This document shows positions 10,103 to 19,648 of a stretch of 64,000 nt of DNA, one piece after another. Numbering within the stretch: the stretch's first letter is position 1; the number at the start of each line of letters is the position of its first letter. The notes under the pieces were generated by a model. The model did no database searches. It saw nothing but the letters and a program-made list of their open reading frames with translations, and was not told the origin of the DNA. The DNA comes from a virus (Duplodnaviria; Caudoviricetes), in IMG/VR virus record IMGVR_UViG_3300042318_000593, positions 2,856-66,855 of that record, one strand, 5' to 3'. Position numbers and translations under genes: made by a program.

Positions 10103-10815
10103 GTTTTATATCTTGATTTTATATGATTTTCTAAACCTCCAACGGGTAACATTTGAATATCCGAAAAATCTTCTCTTTGAAATGTTAATGGGTATTTTGA
10201 AGTAAAACTTTTAATTTTATTTTGTGCCGCAAATTTACTAAATTGAGTATCTATATTCATTTCCTCATAAAATGGAAAATTAAGTAAAGTATCATAACAA
10301 CTACTATTAATTACGTATGAATGGCTTGTTGATAAATGTGTAAGTTGGTATAGATATTCACCTCTTTTTATCATTGGGGATAACGGCATACAACCTAAAA
10401 AAAACATATCCCATTCTACATTCTTTAACTCTTCTATAGTTTTACTTAAAACATCGATAACGTCAACGTCATCATTAAAGATCATATCATCTTCAAAAAT
10501 TAAAACATTATCAATATTATTATCTTTAGCGTATTGATAAATTTTTAAATGAGACATTAAACATGATCTTTGACCTAATGTGACTTTTTTAATTCTATCT
10601 CTGTGATATGCGTCAAGATCTGAAACTGGTTCACATAATGGATAACCTTTCTGTGTTAAAATTTCACTTTCTTCTTCACTTAATCTAATTGCACTAATTC
10701 TCTCACTATTAATATTATATTTATTTAATTCTGTTTTAATTTGATCATTTCTATCTAATCTATCGTCTAAATTTATATAACAAACTTTTTTAAAAAAATC
10801 GAATGGATTTGACAT
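10090..10815 (-). CDS. glycosyltransferase family 25
   Basis: YINLDDRLDR, SCLMSH, LIFEDD, WDMFFLG, FSDIQ. Confidence 0.85.
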   Translation of the reverse strand: MSNPFDFFKKVCYINLDDRLDRNDQIKTELNKYNINSERISAIRLSEEESEILTQKGYPLCEPVSDLDAYHRDRIKKVTLGQRSCLMSHLKIYQYAKDNNIDNVLIFEDDMIFNDDVDVIDVLSKTIEELKNVEWDMFFLGCMPLSPMIKRGEYLYQLTHLSTSHSYVINSSCYDTLLNFPFYEEMNIDTQFSKFAAQNKIKSFTSKYPLTFQREDFSDIQMLPVGGLENHIKSRYKTWTG

Positions 10816-10816
10816 A

Positions 10817-11500
10817 TTAATTATTTTTAAATGGTTTCTTATATTGGGATTCCCAAAACTCTTTGGTCATCGATTGATGACCTCCGATATCACTAACATC
10901 GTCTGATTTTTGTATTAATGATAATGGATATGTTATATATTTTTCTTTAAACGTATTATTTAAAGTTATATCCATATATCTAATTTCAGGATCATTTAAA
11001 ATAATATCGTAAGTATTTTTATTTAAAATATACGCTTGTGTACTAACACAACAATCACATTTAATTAAATTTGGTGATATTAGATTTAATTCAGTATCAT
11101 GTAAATTTGAACCTAAAAAAAATATTTCCCAATTATCTATCTTTGATAATTGATCTAAAGCGGTTTCAATAATGTCAATACCTCTATAGTTTTCTGTGTT
11201 ATAAAATTCAGCATCATCTTCTAAAATTAAAACATTTTCAAAATTATTTTCTTTTGCAATTTTAATGATTTGTTTATGTGATTCGGCGGCAGCTAAAGTT
11301 GCTGATAACATTTTATGTTCATCATTTCTTATAAATTCAGTTTTATCGAATGCCTTTACTGCTGAAAATCTTTTAACACAATCAAGTAAATCATATTTTT
11401 GTAATTCACTTATCATGTGTTCATTTCTATCTGTCCTATAATCTAAATTTATATAAAATCCCGCAGATATAAAATCATTAATTTTCATAAAAAAATTCAT
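10817..11500 (-). CDS. glycosyltransferase family 25
   Basis: YINLDYRTDR, SH, LILEDDA, WEIFFLG, SDIG. Confidence 0.85.
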   Translation of the reverse strand: MNFFMKINDFISAGFYINLDYRTDRNEHMISELQKYDLLDCVKRFSAVKAFDKTEFIRNDEHKMLSATLAAAESHKQIIKIAKENNFENVLILEDDAEFYNTENYRGIDIIETALDQLSKIDNWEIFFLGSNLHDTELNLISPNLIKCDCCVSTQAYILNKNTYDIILNDPEIRYMDITLNNTFKEKYITYPLSLIQKSDDVSDIGGHQSMTKEFWESQYKKPFKNN

Positions 11501-12572
11501 TTAATAGTTCTTCCCACATTTTACCGACTACGGAAATTGAGAACCTGTCTTTTATTGTATTCTTAGCTCTATTTCTTATTTCTTCTTTTAAACCTGGCGT
11601 ATGTTCTACTTCTAAAAGTTTATCTTTTACGTTACCCGTATAATCCATATAATGTGCATCACATGTGACCTTTTCTGTCATCATTTTTTCCATGTCTGTT
11701 CCATGTGGAAAGTTTAGAAAAACACAACCGTCTGAAAAATATTCAGGTACCGCACCTAAACTATAAGTTATAACAATCACACCTGCGGCAATTGCCTCTG
11801 CAACGGAGCATGAGAATGTATCTTTATAAACACAACCATTTGGATGATATAAAGGAAATATAAAATAATCGGTTTCTAATAACTTACTAAATAACGTTTC
11901 TTTATCGGTTCCGTTTTGGTGATTGATGTAATCAAACTTGTACATTGGTTCCCACCCTAATTCATTAATTGTTCTGTCGGCAACATCTCCTCCTCTACCG
12001 TACTGTGCGTGGAATATTGAACTTCTATTTTTTCTTTCAATTCCTTTATTAGATATTTCATCCATTAAATCTGTCATAATAGGATTTGGAATTATTTTAA
12101 CTATTGTATTTTTAAGTTTTTCCTCTCCCATTTTAATGCTCCATCTATTTTGATCTTCAGCCCATTTTGAGATATTTAAAAATCCCATTCTAATATTTCG
12201 TTCGGTACAAAATTCAATCATTTCATTAATTGAATACACCCAAGCCATATGATACCAATAAATTAATCCTTTATTGACTTTAAAAGGGATTTCATTGTAT
12301 TTGTCAAACCACAATGCTGAAACTAAAATATCCACTTCACTGTTAATTAAATCACCATATCCAAAATCAACGTATTTTACCCCTCTACATGTTATACCAT
12401 CGGTTTTTTCTAAAACTATTGTTACATCATGACCCTTTTCCGCCAGATATTCGGAAACTAAAATCATACTTTGATCTGTTCCCGAACATGCCGCTCCCCC
12501 ATTTCTTATACTGTCACCATTTAATATTTTAGGTCTACCAGCCGCCCCTATTAATAAAAAAACTATTTTCAT
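11478..12572 (-). CDS. GT-B glycosyltransferase (GT4-like)
   Basis: DTFSCSVAEAIAAG...GAVPE C-terminal GT4 motif. Confidence 0.8.
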   Translation of the reverse strand: MKIVFLLIGAAGRPKILNGDSIRNGGAACSGTDQSMILVSEYLAEKGHDVTIVLEKTDGITCRGVKYVDFGYGDLINSEVDILVSALWFDKYNEIPFKVNKGLIYWYHMAWVYSINEMIEFCTERNIRMGFLNISKWAEDQNRWSIKMGEEKLKNTIVKIIPNPIMTDLMDEISNKGIERKNRSSIFHAQYGRGGDVADRTINELGWEPMYKFDYINHQNGTDKETLFSKLLETDYFIFPLYHPNGCVYKDTFSCSVAEAIAAGVIVITYSLGAVPEYFSDGCVFLNFPHGTDMEKMMTEKVTCDAHYMDYTGNVKDKLLEVEHTPGLKEEIRNRAKNTIKDRFSISVVGKMWEELLNEFFYEN

Positions 12573-13825
12573 TAGATTGTTTTTTCGTATCGATCACTCC
12601 ATTGTTTATCTTCATCAAATAAATACATAACAATCTTACCAGGTTTCTCGATACACTCTAAATTTACTGTAGTTTTATTATTTTCTAAGTTTACATATTG
12701 TGGAGACTCCTCAATTGTAAAATCTTTTCGATATAATTCAATACCTGCCTTTGTGTGTATTGCAAATGTTAAAAACTTAGGATTTTTAAACTCAAACTTT
12801 TTGAAGAAATCTAAATCCCATTCTAAAGTTAAATCATATTTGTTTCTAATGAATTGAGCTTCCCAATCTGGTGGGTTTGGTGGTGTTTTAACTTTCAATG
12901 TATAATCTTGGATTAAACATTTTTTAAAATCGAATCCTCCATAAACTTCATAATCGTGTAAACTTCTAACGGTTCCTAAACCGTAAATACCCATATCAAT
13001 TCCATATTCTTCGGTACCAAATAATTGACGTGTTTTGTTGCGAGCAAATACATCTCTTTCTCCACTTGTTTTCTTTGTTTCGCTATTCACACCGTGATCA
13101 TCCCAATGTTTTACACGATAGTTTCTCGTATATTCGTGCCACATAATCATACGATATGGACTAAAGAAATCATAACCATTAGTAAATGCACGAACGCTTA
13201 ATGTTGTTTCTTCAGTATAACCACCAAAATAGATATCCGGATCATAAGGTACTTCTTTTATAAATTTACCATATGTAAAGTAGAAATGACCGCTCATTGT
13301 TCTAGCCTTAATAACCTCGGTTCTTGTTTTATAATCTTGAATATACCAAGGCATACTCATCAATAATCTATCTCCACTAAATTCATATTGAGACATTAAA
13401 CAGGGAGTTGGGATCCATTTATCTTCGGATTCTTTTGGATTAAATGGTGTACAATACGTAGTTATAATTGGTTTTTTAACAGATTTTTTTGCTTGTTTAA
13501 AATCCTCCAAAACCATCACATCCCAATCTTGAACAAATCTATGATGTGAATCAATTTGTAATGTAAATTCTTCGTCGTCGTATAGTGTATTAGTAATGTG
13601 TCTTGCCCAACCTAAACCTTCACTTTCACTATAGTGATGTTTACTAATTCTAAATTGTTCGATACCGTCAAACATGGTAATAGGTTCACTACTATCATAT
13701 TGCCAACAAATACCAAATGTTAAATTTTGTGGATTTTTTGCCTTGTTAATCATATCCTCAATTGTAGGGACTAACTCAGGGTCTCTGTAAGATGCGATCT
13801 GTACAAAAATTTTACCTTTCTTCAT
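12572..13825 (-). CDS. GlcNAc-transferase (GT60 / Skp1-hydroxyproline GlcNAc-T-like)
   Basis: IFVQIASYRDPE, LQIDSHHRFVQDWD, VPYDP, EETTLSVRAFTNGYD. Confidence 0.8.
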   Translation of the reverse strand: MKKGKIFVQIASYRDPELVPTIEDMINKAKNPQNLTFGICWQYDSSEPITMFDGIEQFRISKHHYSESEGLGWARHITNTLYDDEEFTLQIDSHHRFVQDWDVMVLEDFKQAKKSVKKPIITTYCTPFNPKESEDKWIPTPCLMSQYEFSGDRLLMSMPWYIQDYKTRTEVIKARTMSGHFYFTYGKFIKEVPYDPDIYFGGYTEETTLSVRAFTNGYDFFSPYRMIMWHEYTRNYRVKHWDDHGVNSETKKTSGERDVFARNKTRQLFGTEEYGIDMGIYGLGTVRSLHDYEVYGGFDFKKCLIQDYTLKVKTPPNPPDWEAQFIRNKYDLTLEWDLDFFKKFEFKNPKFLTFAIHTKAGIELYRKDFTIEESPQYVNLENNKTTVNLECIEKPGKIVMYLFDEDKQWSDRYEKTI

Positions 13826-13938
13826 GTATAATTGATTTTTTTATAATATAACAAATAAATGTGGAAAATAAAAGTCATCTAAATTTCTTTTTTAAAAGGT
13901 TTTTAGATATTATTAGTAATAGACCAATTTTAATGATA

Positions 13939-14304
13939 ATGAATAAGATTTACCAACCTGTTGTAATTGAAATGACAAATGAGATTATTAGTGATTTAAC
14001 TGAAAGTCTATTTTTTGAGGATTATGAGATTCATTCAACTGCATTTGCGGAGAAATACCTATTGGATAAGCTAACTGAAAAATTTATTTTAGGTGAATTA
14101 GAAGGGGACGACGATGAATTCCTCGGAGTGTTCAACGATGATGAATTTGAGGTGGTTTTACGTGAAATTGTGGCTGGTAGTGTGTTGTATGAATTAAAAG
14201 AGAAAGGATTAGTTGATTCTTATGAAGATGATACGACTGAGGAGATGTTTTTTTTAACAAAAAAGGGAAAAAGGGTAATGAAGAAGAAAGATGGGTTAAT
14301 TTAA
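13939..14304 (+). CDS. acidic protein with C-terminal winged-helix-like motif
   Basis: LYELKEKGLV...FFLTKKGK; start set at MNKIYQ. Confidence 0.5.
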   Translation: MNKIYQPVVIEMTNEIISDLTESLFFEDYEIHSTAFAEKYLLDKLTEKFILGELEGDDDEFLGVFNDDEFEVVLREIVAGSVLYELKEKGLVDSYEDDTTEEMFFLTKKGKRVMKKKDGLI

Positions 14305-14636
14305 CGATGTTTTATGATCAACTCACCCAAAACTTCAATTAAACCGACTAATCTTTGGAATTCAACTTGTTGAATATCAACATTTTCAGTCAATTTACAT
14401 AATTTGTCAAGATTTTCTTTAAATTCTGACTTTGCCTCGTCTAAATTGAATTTTCCTTCGGAAGCTTTCTTGTAATATGGTAATTTTACCACAAAATGGT
14501 GGTAAGTTAACATAGAAGGACCTCCTTTTTTCTTCGCATCTTCAGTAATTTTGGTCGCACCCTTTAATCTCTTTGCCGAAAACTCGTCAAATCCAATTTT
14601 TTCCGATTCTACCAATAAATCACTAAATTTTATCAT
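14301..14636 (-). CDS. putative head-internal protein
   Basis: Leader MIKFSDLLVE. Confidence 0.5.
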   Translation of the reverse strand: MIKFSDLLVESEKIGFDEFSAKRLKGATKITEDAKKKGGPSMLTYHHFVVKLPYYKKASEGKFNLDEAKSEFKENLDKLCKLTENVDIQQVEFQRLVGLIEVLGELIIKHR

Positions 14637-14962
14637 TTTTTCTTTTCTTCTATGGTTTGAGAATATAAACTTCTCTTATAATTTCTAATTTTTTCCTTAA
14701 CAAGAGCCAATAATTTTTGTGAATTTGTTAAATTTGATGAAATCATTGAAATTCTTGATTTTGTGAGATTTTGTAATCCTGACGGAACGGAATCTTCTAA
14801 TTTTCTTAATTCTCTAACCGTTTCGTTAAGTGAATTTTGTAATTCTTCAATTTTAAACTGTACACGACTAAATTCATTACGAGATACTTTGGAAGTTTCT
14901 TCCATTAGTACTTTATCCAATATGTTTTTTACCTGATTTTCGGTAATAATGATTTTTTCCAT
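14633..14962 (-). CDS. coiled-coil putative head-internal protein
   Basis: Leader MEKIIITENQVKNILDKVLMEE. Confidence 0.55.
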   Translation of the reverse strand: MEKIIITENQVKNILDKVLMEETSKVSRNEFSRVQFKIEELQNSLNETVRELRKLEDSVPSGLQNLTKSRISMISSNLTNSQKLLALVKEKIRNYKRSLYSQTIEEKKK

Positions 14963-14970
14963 AAATTTTA

Positions 14971-15216
14971 CTATAAACCAAAGTCTTTTTCTTCCTTATC
15001 AGTTAATTCTCCATCTCTTTTCATACCTTCTTTGATATACGTCCTAATTAATTTGGAAACGGTTTTATCTTGATGATTAGCCACCTTTTCAATTTCTTTA
15101 TAGTATGCTGGTACAACCCTGAAAGTCAACATTTTAATTAATTGTTTGTGTTTAGGTTGAGACGTTTTTGTTGTTTCTCCTGATGCCTGCATTTCTTGGT
15201 ATTTCTTAGAAGCCAT
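14971..15216 (-). CDS. ribbon-helix-helix DNA-binding protein
   Basis: MLTFRV...EIEKVA...TVSKLIRTYIKE pattern; TATTTATA upstream. Confidence 0.6.
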   Translation of the reverse strand: MASKKYQEMQASGETTKTSQPKHKQLIKMLTFRVVPAYYKEIEKVANHQDKTVSKLIRTYIKEGMKRDGELTDKEEKDFGL

Positions 15217-15288
15217 GTGTATATGTTTTTATATAAATATTTTGTATTACAAAAGAAAATCATTATATTATAATATAAATGATATTTT

Positions 15289-15648
15289 ATGTCTGAAGAG
15301 AAACCAAATGTAAATCCGGTCATCAAAGAAATTGAGGAAAAGTACCCCGAAATGACCAAAGAATTCAAAAAAATAATGAGAGACCAATATGAGACGTTTT
15401 GTAGGAAACAATCTAATTATGGTCCCGATAACATCGCCTTAGGTAAAGATTTAAGTAAGGAGGAAGACCGTAAATTGTCCCAAATGGGACTTTGGTTCCG
15501 TATGAACGATAAAATCCAAAGAATCAAACAACTCGTCGTTTTAGGAGCTCAGGACAACGTAGGGGAGGCGGTAGACGACACCTACCAAGACTTATCAGTT
15601 TATTCCATCATTGCTCAATTAGTAAAGAATGGTAAATGGGGAAAATAA
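15289..15648 (+). CDS. nucleotide-modification-associated domain protein (DUF1599-like)
   Basis: RKQSNYG...RMNDKIQR...EAVDDTYQDLSVYSII. Confidence 0.75.
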   Translation: MSEEKPNVNPVIKEIEEKYPEMTKEFKKIMRDQYETFCRKQSNYGPDNIALGKDLSKEEDRKLSQMGLWFRMNDKIQRIKQLVVLGAQDNVGEAVDDTYQDLSVYSIIAQLVKNGKWGK

Positions 15649-15754
15649 ATATTTTCCTTTAAATTGAAGGTCAAGGGGTTAAGTTAATAAAAACTTATCC
15701 CCTTTTCCATTTTTATAACGATAATAAAGGTATTTATTAAAAACGAAAAGACTT

Positions 15755-16114
15755 ATGAATGTAAACATTAACCATCCGTCGTTCATTTCATTTTTGGAGA
15801 ACGTATCGGCGTCAATTTTATCTAATGTGACGATCAGTAATTACTTCTCCTTAAATCAAGATAAGAAATTAGGTGTTCAGTACATGGTCTTAAAACTGAT
15901 GAAAAATGCAGTTAAAGTAAGAGCCAAACTGACAGATTTAGAATTAAGGAGTTTCGTTAGTGTTCTTTGGAAGAAGAACGAAGAATCGGAGAATTATGAG
16001 TTTGCGGCAATTCTAAACGACATTGCTGAGAACTTTGACGCGGTTAATGATGTAACCTCAAAACCAACTAAAAGAACAACCAGAACGATTAAAGTAGATA
16101 AAAACAATGGCTAG
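15755..16114 (+). CDS. hypothetical protein with UVR-like motif
   Basis: ESENYEFAAILND. Confidence 0.5.
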   Translation: MNVNINHPSFISFLENVSASILSNVTISNYFSLNQDKKLGVQYMVLKLMKNAVKVRAKLTDLELRSFVSVLWKKNEESENYEFAAILNDIAENFDAVNDVTSKPTKRTTRTIKVDKNNG

Positions 16115-16499
16115 AACTATCGACATAGGATCCAAAACATACTACGCAAAGCAAACTTTGAAGTGGTGTGAGAAGTATTTTGGTCTATGTGATAGAAAGA
16201 AGAGAAAGTTAATCTTTAAAGTAAGTGAAAGAAAAAGAAAATCGGGTAATTCTGACATTTATGGAAATTACTGTTTTTGGAGGAACACCATTACCTTATA
16301 TCTACCAAATAACACCACCATACATGATATTGTTGCAACTATGATTCATGAATATACGCACTATTTACAATCACGTACAAAATATAGAAATTACGAAAAA
16401 ACTCATTACTATTCTCAAAATCCATTGGAGAAAGAAGCTAAACGTAATGAAGAAAAATATACCAATATGTGTTTAAAACACATTAAGAAGAATATGTAA
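16107..16499 (+). CDS. zinc metallopeptidase-like protein (HExxH)
   Basis: MIHEYTHYLQ...NPLEKEA. Confidence 0.7.
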   Translation: MARTIDIGSKTYYAKQTLKWCEKYFGLCDRKKRKLIFKVSERKRKSGNSDIYGNYCFWRNTITLYLPNNTTIHDIVATMIHEYTHYLQSRTKYRNYEKTHYYSQNPLEKEAKRNEEKYTNMCLKHIKKNM

Positions 16500-16709
16500 T
16501 TATATTGTATCTTGTACAATCTCAGCTTCAGGAATTTCAATTAAAAAAAGAAGAGTATCGTCATTGTTAATTCTACTTTTAACAACAATATCACATCTCC
16601 AATTTTCCTTTAAGTCATTTACATGACCATCTTTAATACGATCTTGTTTTATCTTTTTAAAGATATAATAAAGTTTATTTTGATAATTTACTAATTCTTT
16701 ATTTAACAT
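16500..16709 (-). CDS. hypothetical protein
   Basis: 69 aa ORF coupled to the upstream nuclease gene. Confidence 0.55.
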   Translation of the reverse strand: MLNKELVNYQNKLYYIFKKIKQDRIKDGHVNDLKENWRCDIVVKSRINNDDTLLFLIEIPEAEIVQDTI

Positions 16710-17367
16710 ATTTGAATTTAAAACCGGTTAATTTTTCTATATCTATTTTATCTACTTGATTATTATGAATACCATCTGGTTTCGATGTATTATTATCAAA
16801 TAAAAATGCCATCCATTCCTTAGTTTTTACTATGTAAATAACCTTCCAACATTTGGTTGGAACCGCAACTCTACCAATTCTTTTTGCCTCTCCAATATTA
16901 CCACACCAAACTTTAACACTATCTTGTTGTTTTGATAATTCTCTTTCCAATGTTTCAACAGACTTCCAATCACCCGCATTTAAACTATGATATTGGGCCG
17001 CCATATTTGAGAAATAGAAACATTCGTCTTGAATTGCCTGTGTTTGACACAAATTCTCCGCAGCTGGCATCATGTGTCCTCTATCTGTTCCTGAACCTTT
17101 ATAATCATTTAATAAATCAGTTTCAGAAGGTAATTTTGGATCGGGTTTAAAATTGTCTTTTCTTGCCAATGGTGTGGGACAACTAACTTTTGCTCTTGTA
17201 ATCCACCATTCTACCATTACAGGATATTTTTTTGATTTACTAAAATGTGATGTATAATTTGTGTGTTTTAAAACAACCACATCCTGTGCAAATGTAAAAA
17301 CCGTAATGAATAATAACATTAATGTCATCATAGTCACCCCAACCCTGGAACCTAAATTCTTTCTCAT
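16699..17367 (-). CDS. DNA/RNA non-specific endonuclease (NucA/EndoG family) with signal peptide
   Basis: DRGHMMPA catalytic motif, F-SNMAAQ-LN, VPTKCWKV; hydrophobic N-terminus ending TFA-QD. Confidence 0.9.
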   Translation of the reverse strand: MRKNLGSRVGVTMMTLMLLFITVFTFAQDVVVLKHTNYTSHFSKSKKYPVMVEWWITRAKVSCPTPLARKDNFKPDPKLPSETDLLNDYKGSGTDRGHMMPAAENLCQTQAIQDECFYFSNMAAQYHSLNAGDWKSVETLERELSKQQDSVKVWCGNIGEAKRIGRVAVPTKCWKVIYIVKTKEWMAFLFDNNTSKPDGIHNNQVDKIDIEKLTGFKFKYVK

Positions 17368-17915
17368 AAATTCTTTTCTATTAAATACCTATAAATCTCC
17401 AAAGGAGTGTCATTATGAACACTAAATTCACTATAAGGTATATTGTTAATGCCCAACGTAAGCTTAATGTCCTCATCGATCTCCTGAGCTTCTTGTAGAC
17501 CTTGTAATCTACCATTTGTATCATATGTCTCATCATTTCTTTTTAATAATATGTTTATGTTGTCATATTTTTTAAATAAAGACCAAAGGAAATTACTTAA
17601 ACCTGACATTGAGTAATGAGATGCTGGATATCCTTCACCGTATCGTTGTTCATAAAAACAACCTAATACAATTGGGGAATCTACAATAATATAATCAACC
17701 TTACCATAAAGACGACTAATATTTCTATGTTGATTTGCGGTAATAAAGAACTGATCCTTTAATTGGGATACATTTCCTTCCCATGCAACTTCTTTTGGGA
17801 ACTCATATGTATATTCAACACTCATATGGTGTTTTTTCATCTCAGTAAATAAACCTGATGCTTGTGTGGATTTACCTATACCAGGTCCACCAAAAAAGTT
17901 AATTATCTTACTCAT
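17364..17915 (-). CDS. P-loop NTPase/kinase (NadR/AAA_28-like)
   Basis: GGPGIGKST Walker A; IIVDSP; GRLQ. Confidence 0.75.
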   Translation of the reverse strand: MSKIINFFGGPGIGKSTQASGLFTEMKKHHMSVEYTYEFPKEVAWEGNVSQLKDQFFITANQHRNISRLYGKVDYIIVDSPIVLGCFYEQRYGEGYPASHYSMSGLSNFLWSLFKKYDNINILLKRNDETYDTNGRLQGLQEAQEIDEDIKLTLGINNIPYSEFSVHNDTPLEIYRYLIEKNL

Positions 17916-18145
17916 ATCTTACCTAATATACATAAAAAAGGGGAGTTTGTGAAATCTCCCGTATATTAATTTATATATGTTTATTTTGTCCCCCGACAAC
18001 AAAAATAAATAAGTTATATATTGTAAAAACACCTAAAAATAGGGTGTCTATTTGTCAGATAAAAATTAATTTGGGTTTTAATATCGACGGCCTTAAATAA
18101 ATTCAATTTTTTATTTTAAATTATACTATTTATAGAATTATTACT

Positions 18146-18772
18146 ATGGAACAACACACAATAGAATTGATTGGTATGGTTTTGGTTGCTGTTATCACAG
18201 CATTAGTTGGTCCAGCAGGACTTGAGTATGTGAAGGCTAAACTATCTAAACCAACATCGAAAGACATCGTTAGAGATGATATTGAAAGAAATTTGGTTAT
18301 TTTTGATGAAATATCAGAAATTAGAGATATGATAGATGCGGATAGAATTTGGATAAGTCAATTTCACAATGGTGGTCATTTTCTTCACACCAACAAATCA
18401 ATTCAAAAGTTTTCAATAACATATGAAGACGTTAAACCTGGTGTTAGTAGTATAATTCATTTATTCACTGACATTCCGCTATCGTTATATTCAAGATCAA
18501 TGAACCACATTATGGAAAATAAACATTTGTGGATTTCCGATTTTAAAGATGACACCATTGCAACTTACGGATTAAAGTCGGCGGCGGAAGCAACGGGAAC
18601 TAACGCATCATATGTAATTGGGTTGTTTGATATTGTAACGGACAAATGTATTGGAACTATGGGTGTTGATTATAGAGAGAAAAAGAGATTAACACAAACA
18701 CAAAAAGATTTTTTAATAGAGAGAGGTAGTCGTTTAGCTGGATATTTATCAGTATACCTTAAATCAAAGTAA
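18146..18772 (+). CDS. membrane-anchored GAF-domain protein, putative T4 T-like holin
   Basis: N-terminal TM helix followed by ADRIWISQFHNGG...IGTMGVDY GAF-like region; TATTTATA upstream; near endolysin. Confidence 0.55.
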   Translation: MEQHTIELIGMVLVAVITALVGPAGLEYVKAKLSKPTSKDIVRDDIERNLVIFDEISEIRDMIDADRIWISQFHNGGHFLHTNKSIQKFSITYEDVKPGVSSIIHLFTDIPLSLYSRSMNHIMENKHLWISDFKDDTIATYGLKSAAEATGTNASYVIGLFDIVTDKCIGTMGVDYREKKRLTQTQKDFLIERGSRLAGYLSVYLKSK

Positions 18773-18778
18773 CACATT

Positions 18779-19144
18779 ATGAAAAAATATATATTCACGG
18801 AAAGTCAAATTAAGAAGATCATTGACAATCAAATCGTAGAAAGTAAAGATCTACAAGAACAAACAATGGTTGATGATCAAAAAATGGCAATTAATGCGGG
18901 TACAAAAGCTTTCTTAGATGCTAAAAAAATTCAAGGTAAAGATTTAACAGATAGAATTAAACAATACCAATTATCTATCCCTAATTGTGAACCAACAGGT
19001 CATATGATGGATTGTAAGGACATGTTACCTGAAAATGACAAAAAACTATGGCAATCACTTATAAATAAGAATAAACCTTTATTTGATAAGGCGTTAGATT
19101 GGTTCAATAGTATGTTAGGATTAGGAACTGGTAGTGGTTATTAA
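18779..19144 (+). CDS. putative head-internal protein
   Basis: Leader MKKYIFTESQIKKIIDNQIVE. Confidence 0.55.
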   Translation: MKKYIFTESQIKKIIDNQIVESKDLQEQTMVDDQKMAINAGTKAFLDAKKIQGKDLTDRIKQYQLSIPNCEPTGHMMDCKDMLPENDKKLWQSLINKNKPLFDKALDWFNSMLGLGTGSGY

Positions 19145-19212
19145 AATATAATTTAATATAAGTTATACCCAAATATTTTTTATGATATTTGGGTTTTTCT
19201 TTTAATATACGT

Positions 19213-19220
19213 TACCTTTG
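19213..19220 (+). promoter_or_regulatory. Bacteroidota-type promoter (-7 TACCTTTG, -33 TTTG at 19188)
   Basis: TTTG-N21-TACCTTTG upstream of 19244. Confidence 0.65.
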
Positions 19221-19243
19221 TGTCTTAATCAAAAAATAGATTT

Positions 19244-19597
19244 ATGTCAGAAGAGAAAAATGAGAAGAGATGTTCGGGTTGTAAAACACCGAAAACACTT
19301 GACAATTTTTACAAGAACAAATTGGTTTTAGATGGTCATAGCAACTACTGTATTGATTGTACAAGAGAAAATTCAAGGAAATATTTCCAAAGAAAGAAGG
19401 AGAAACAATCTAAAAGTGAAACTGATAGTTTAATTAAATTAGCTCTTTTTGGTGGTCAAACCAACGATGTTAGTACAACTGATGCGGATAGTTTGATGAA
19501 AGTTCTTATGATTGAAAGGTTATTAAAGTCAGTCACAGAAGAATTATCTACCCTTAAGAAAAACCTAACAAGTTCAGATATGTTCATATCTCAATAA
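19244..19597 (+). CDS. zinc-finger protein
   Basis: KRCSGC...FYKNK...DGHSNYCIDC, resembling the Zn fingers of endonuclease VII/HNH proteins; no nuclease domain. Confidence 0.65.
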   Translation: MSEEKNEKRCSGCKTPKTLDNFYKNKLVLDGHSNYCIDCTRENSRKYFQRKKEKQSKSETDSLIKLALFGGQTNDVSTTDADSLMKVLMIERLLKSVTEELSTLKKNLTSSDMFISQ

Positions 19598-19648
19598 TAT
19601 ACCCGTTTTTATATTGATAAAAAGGTATTTATTATATATTTATGTAGT

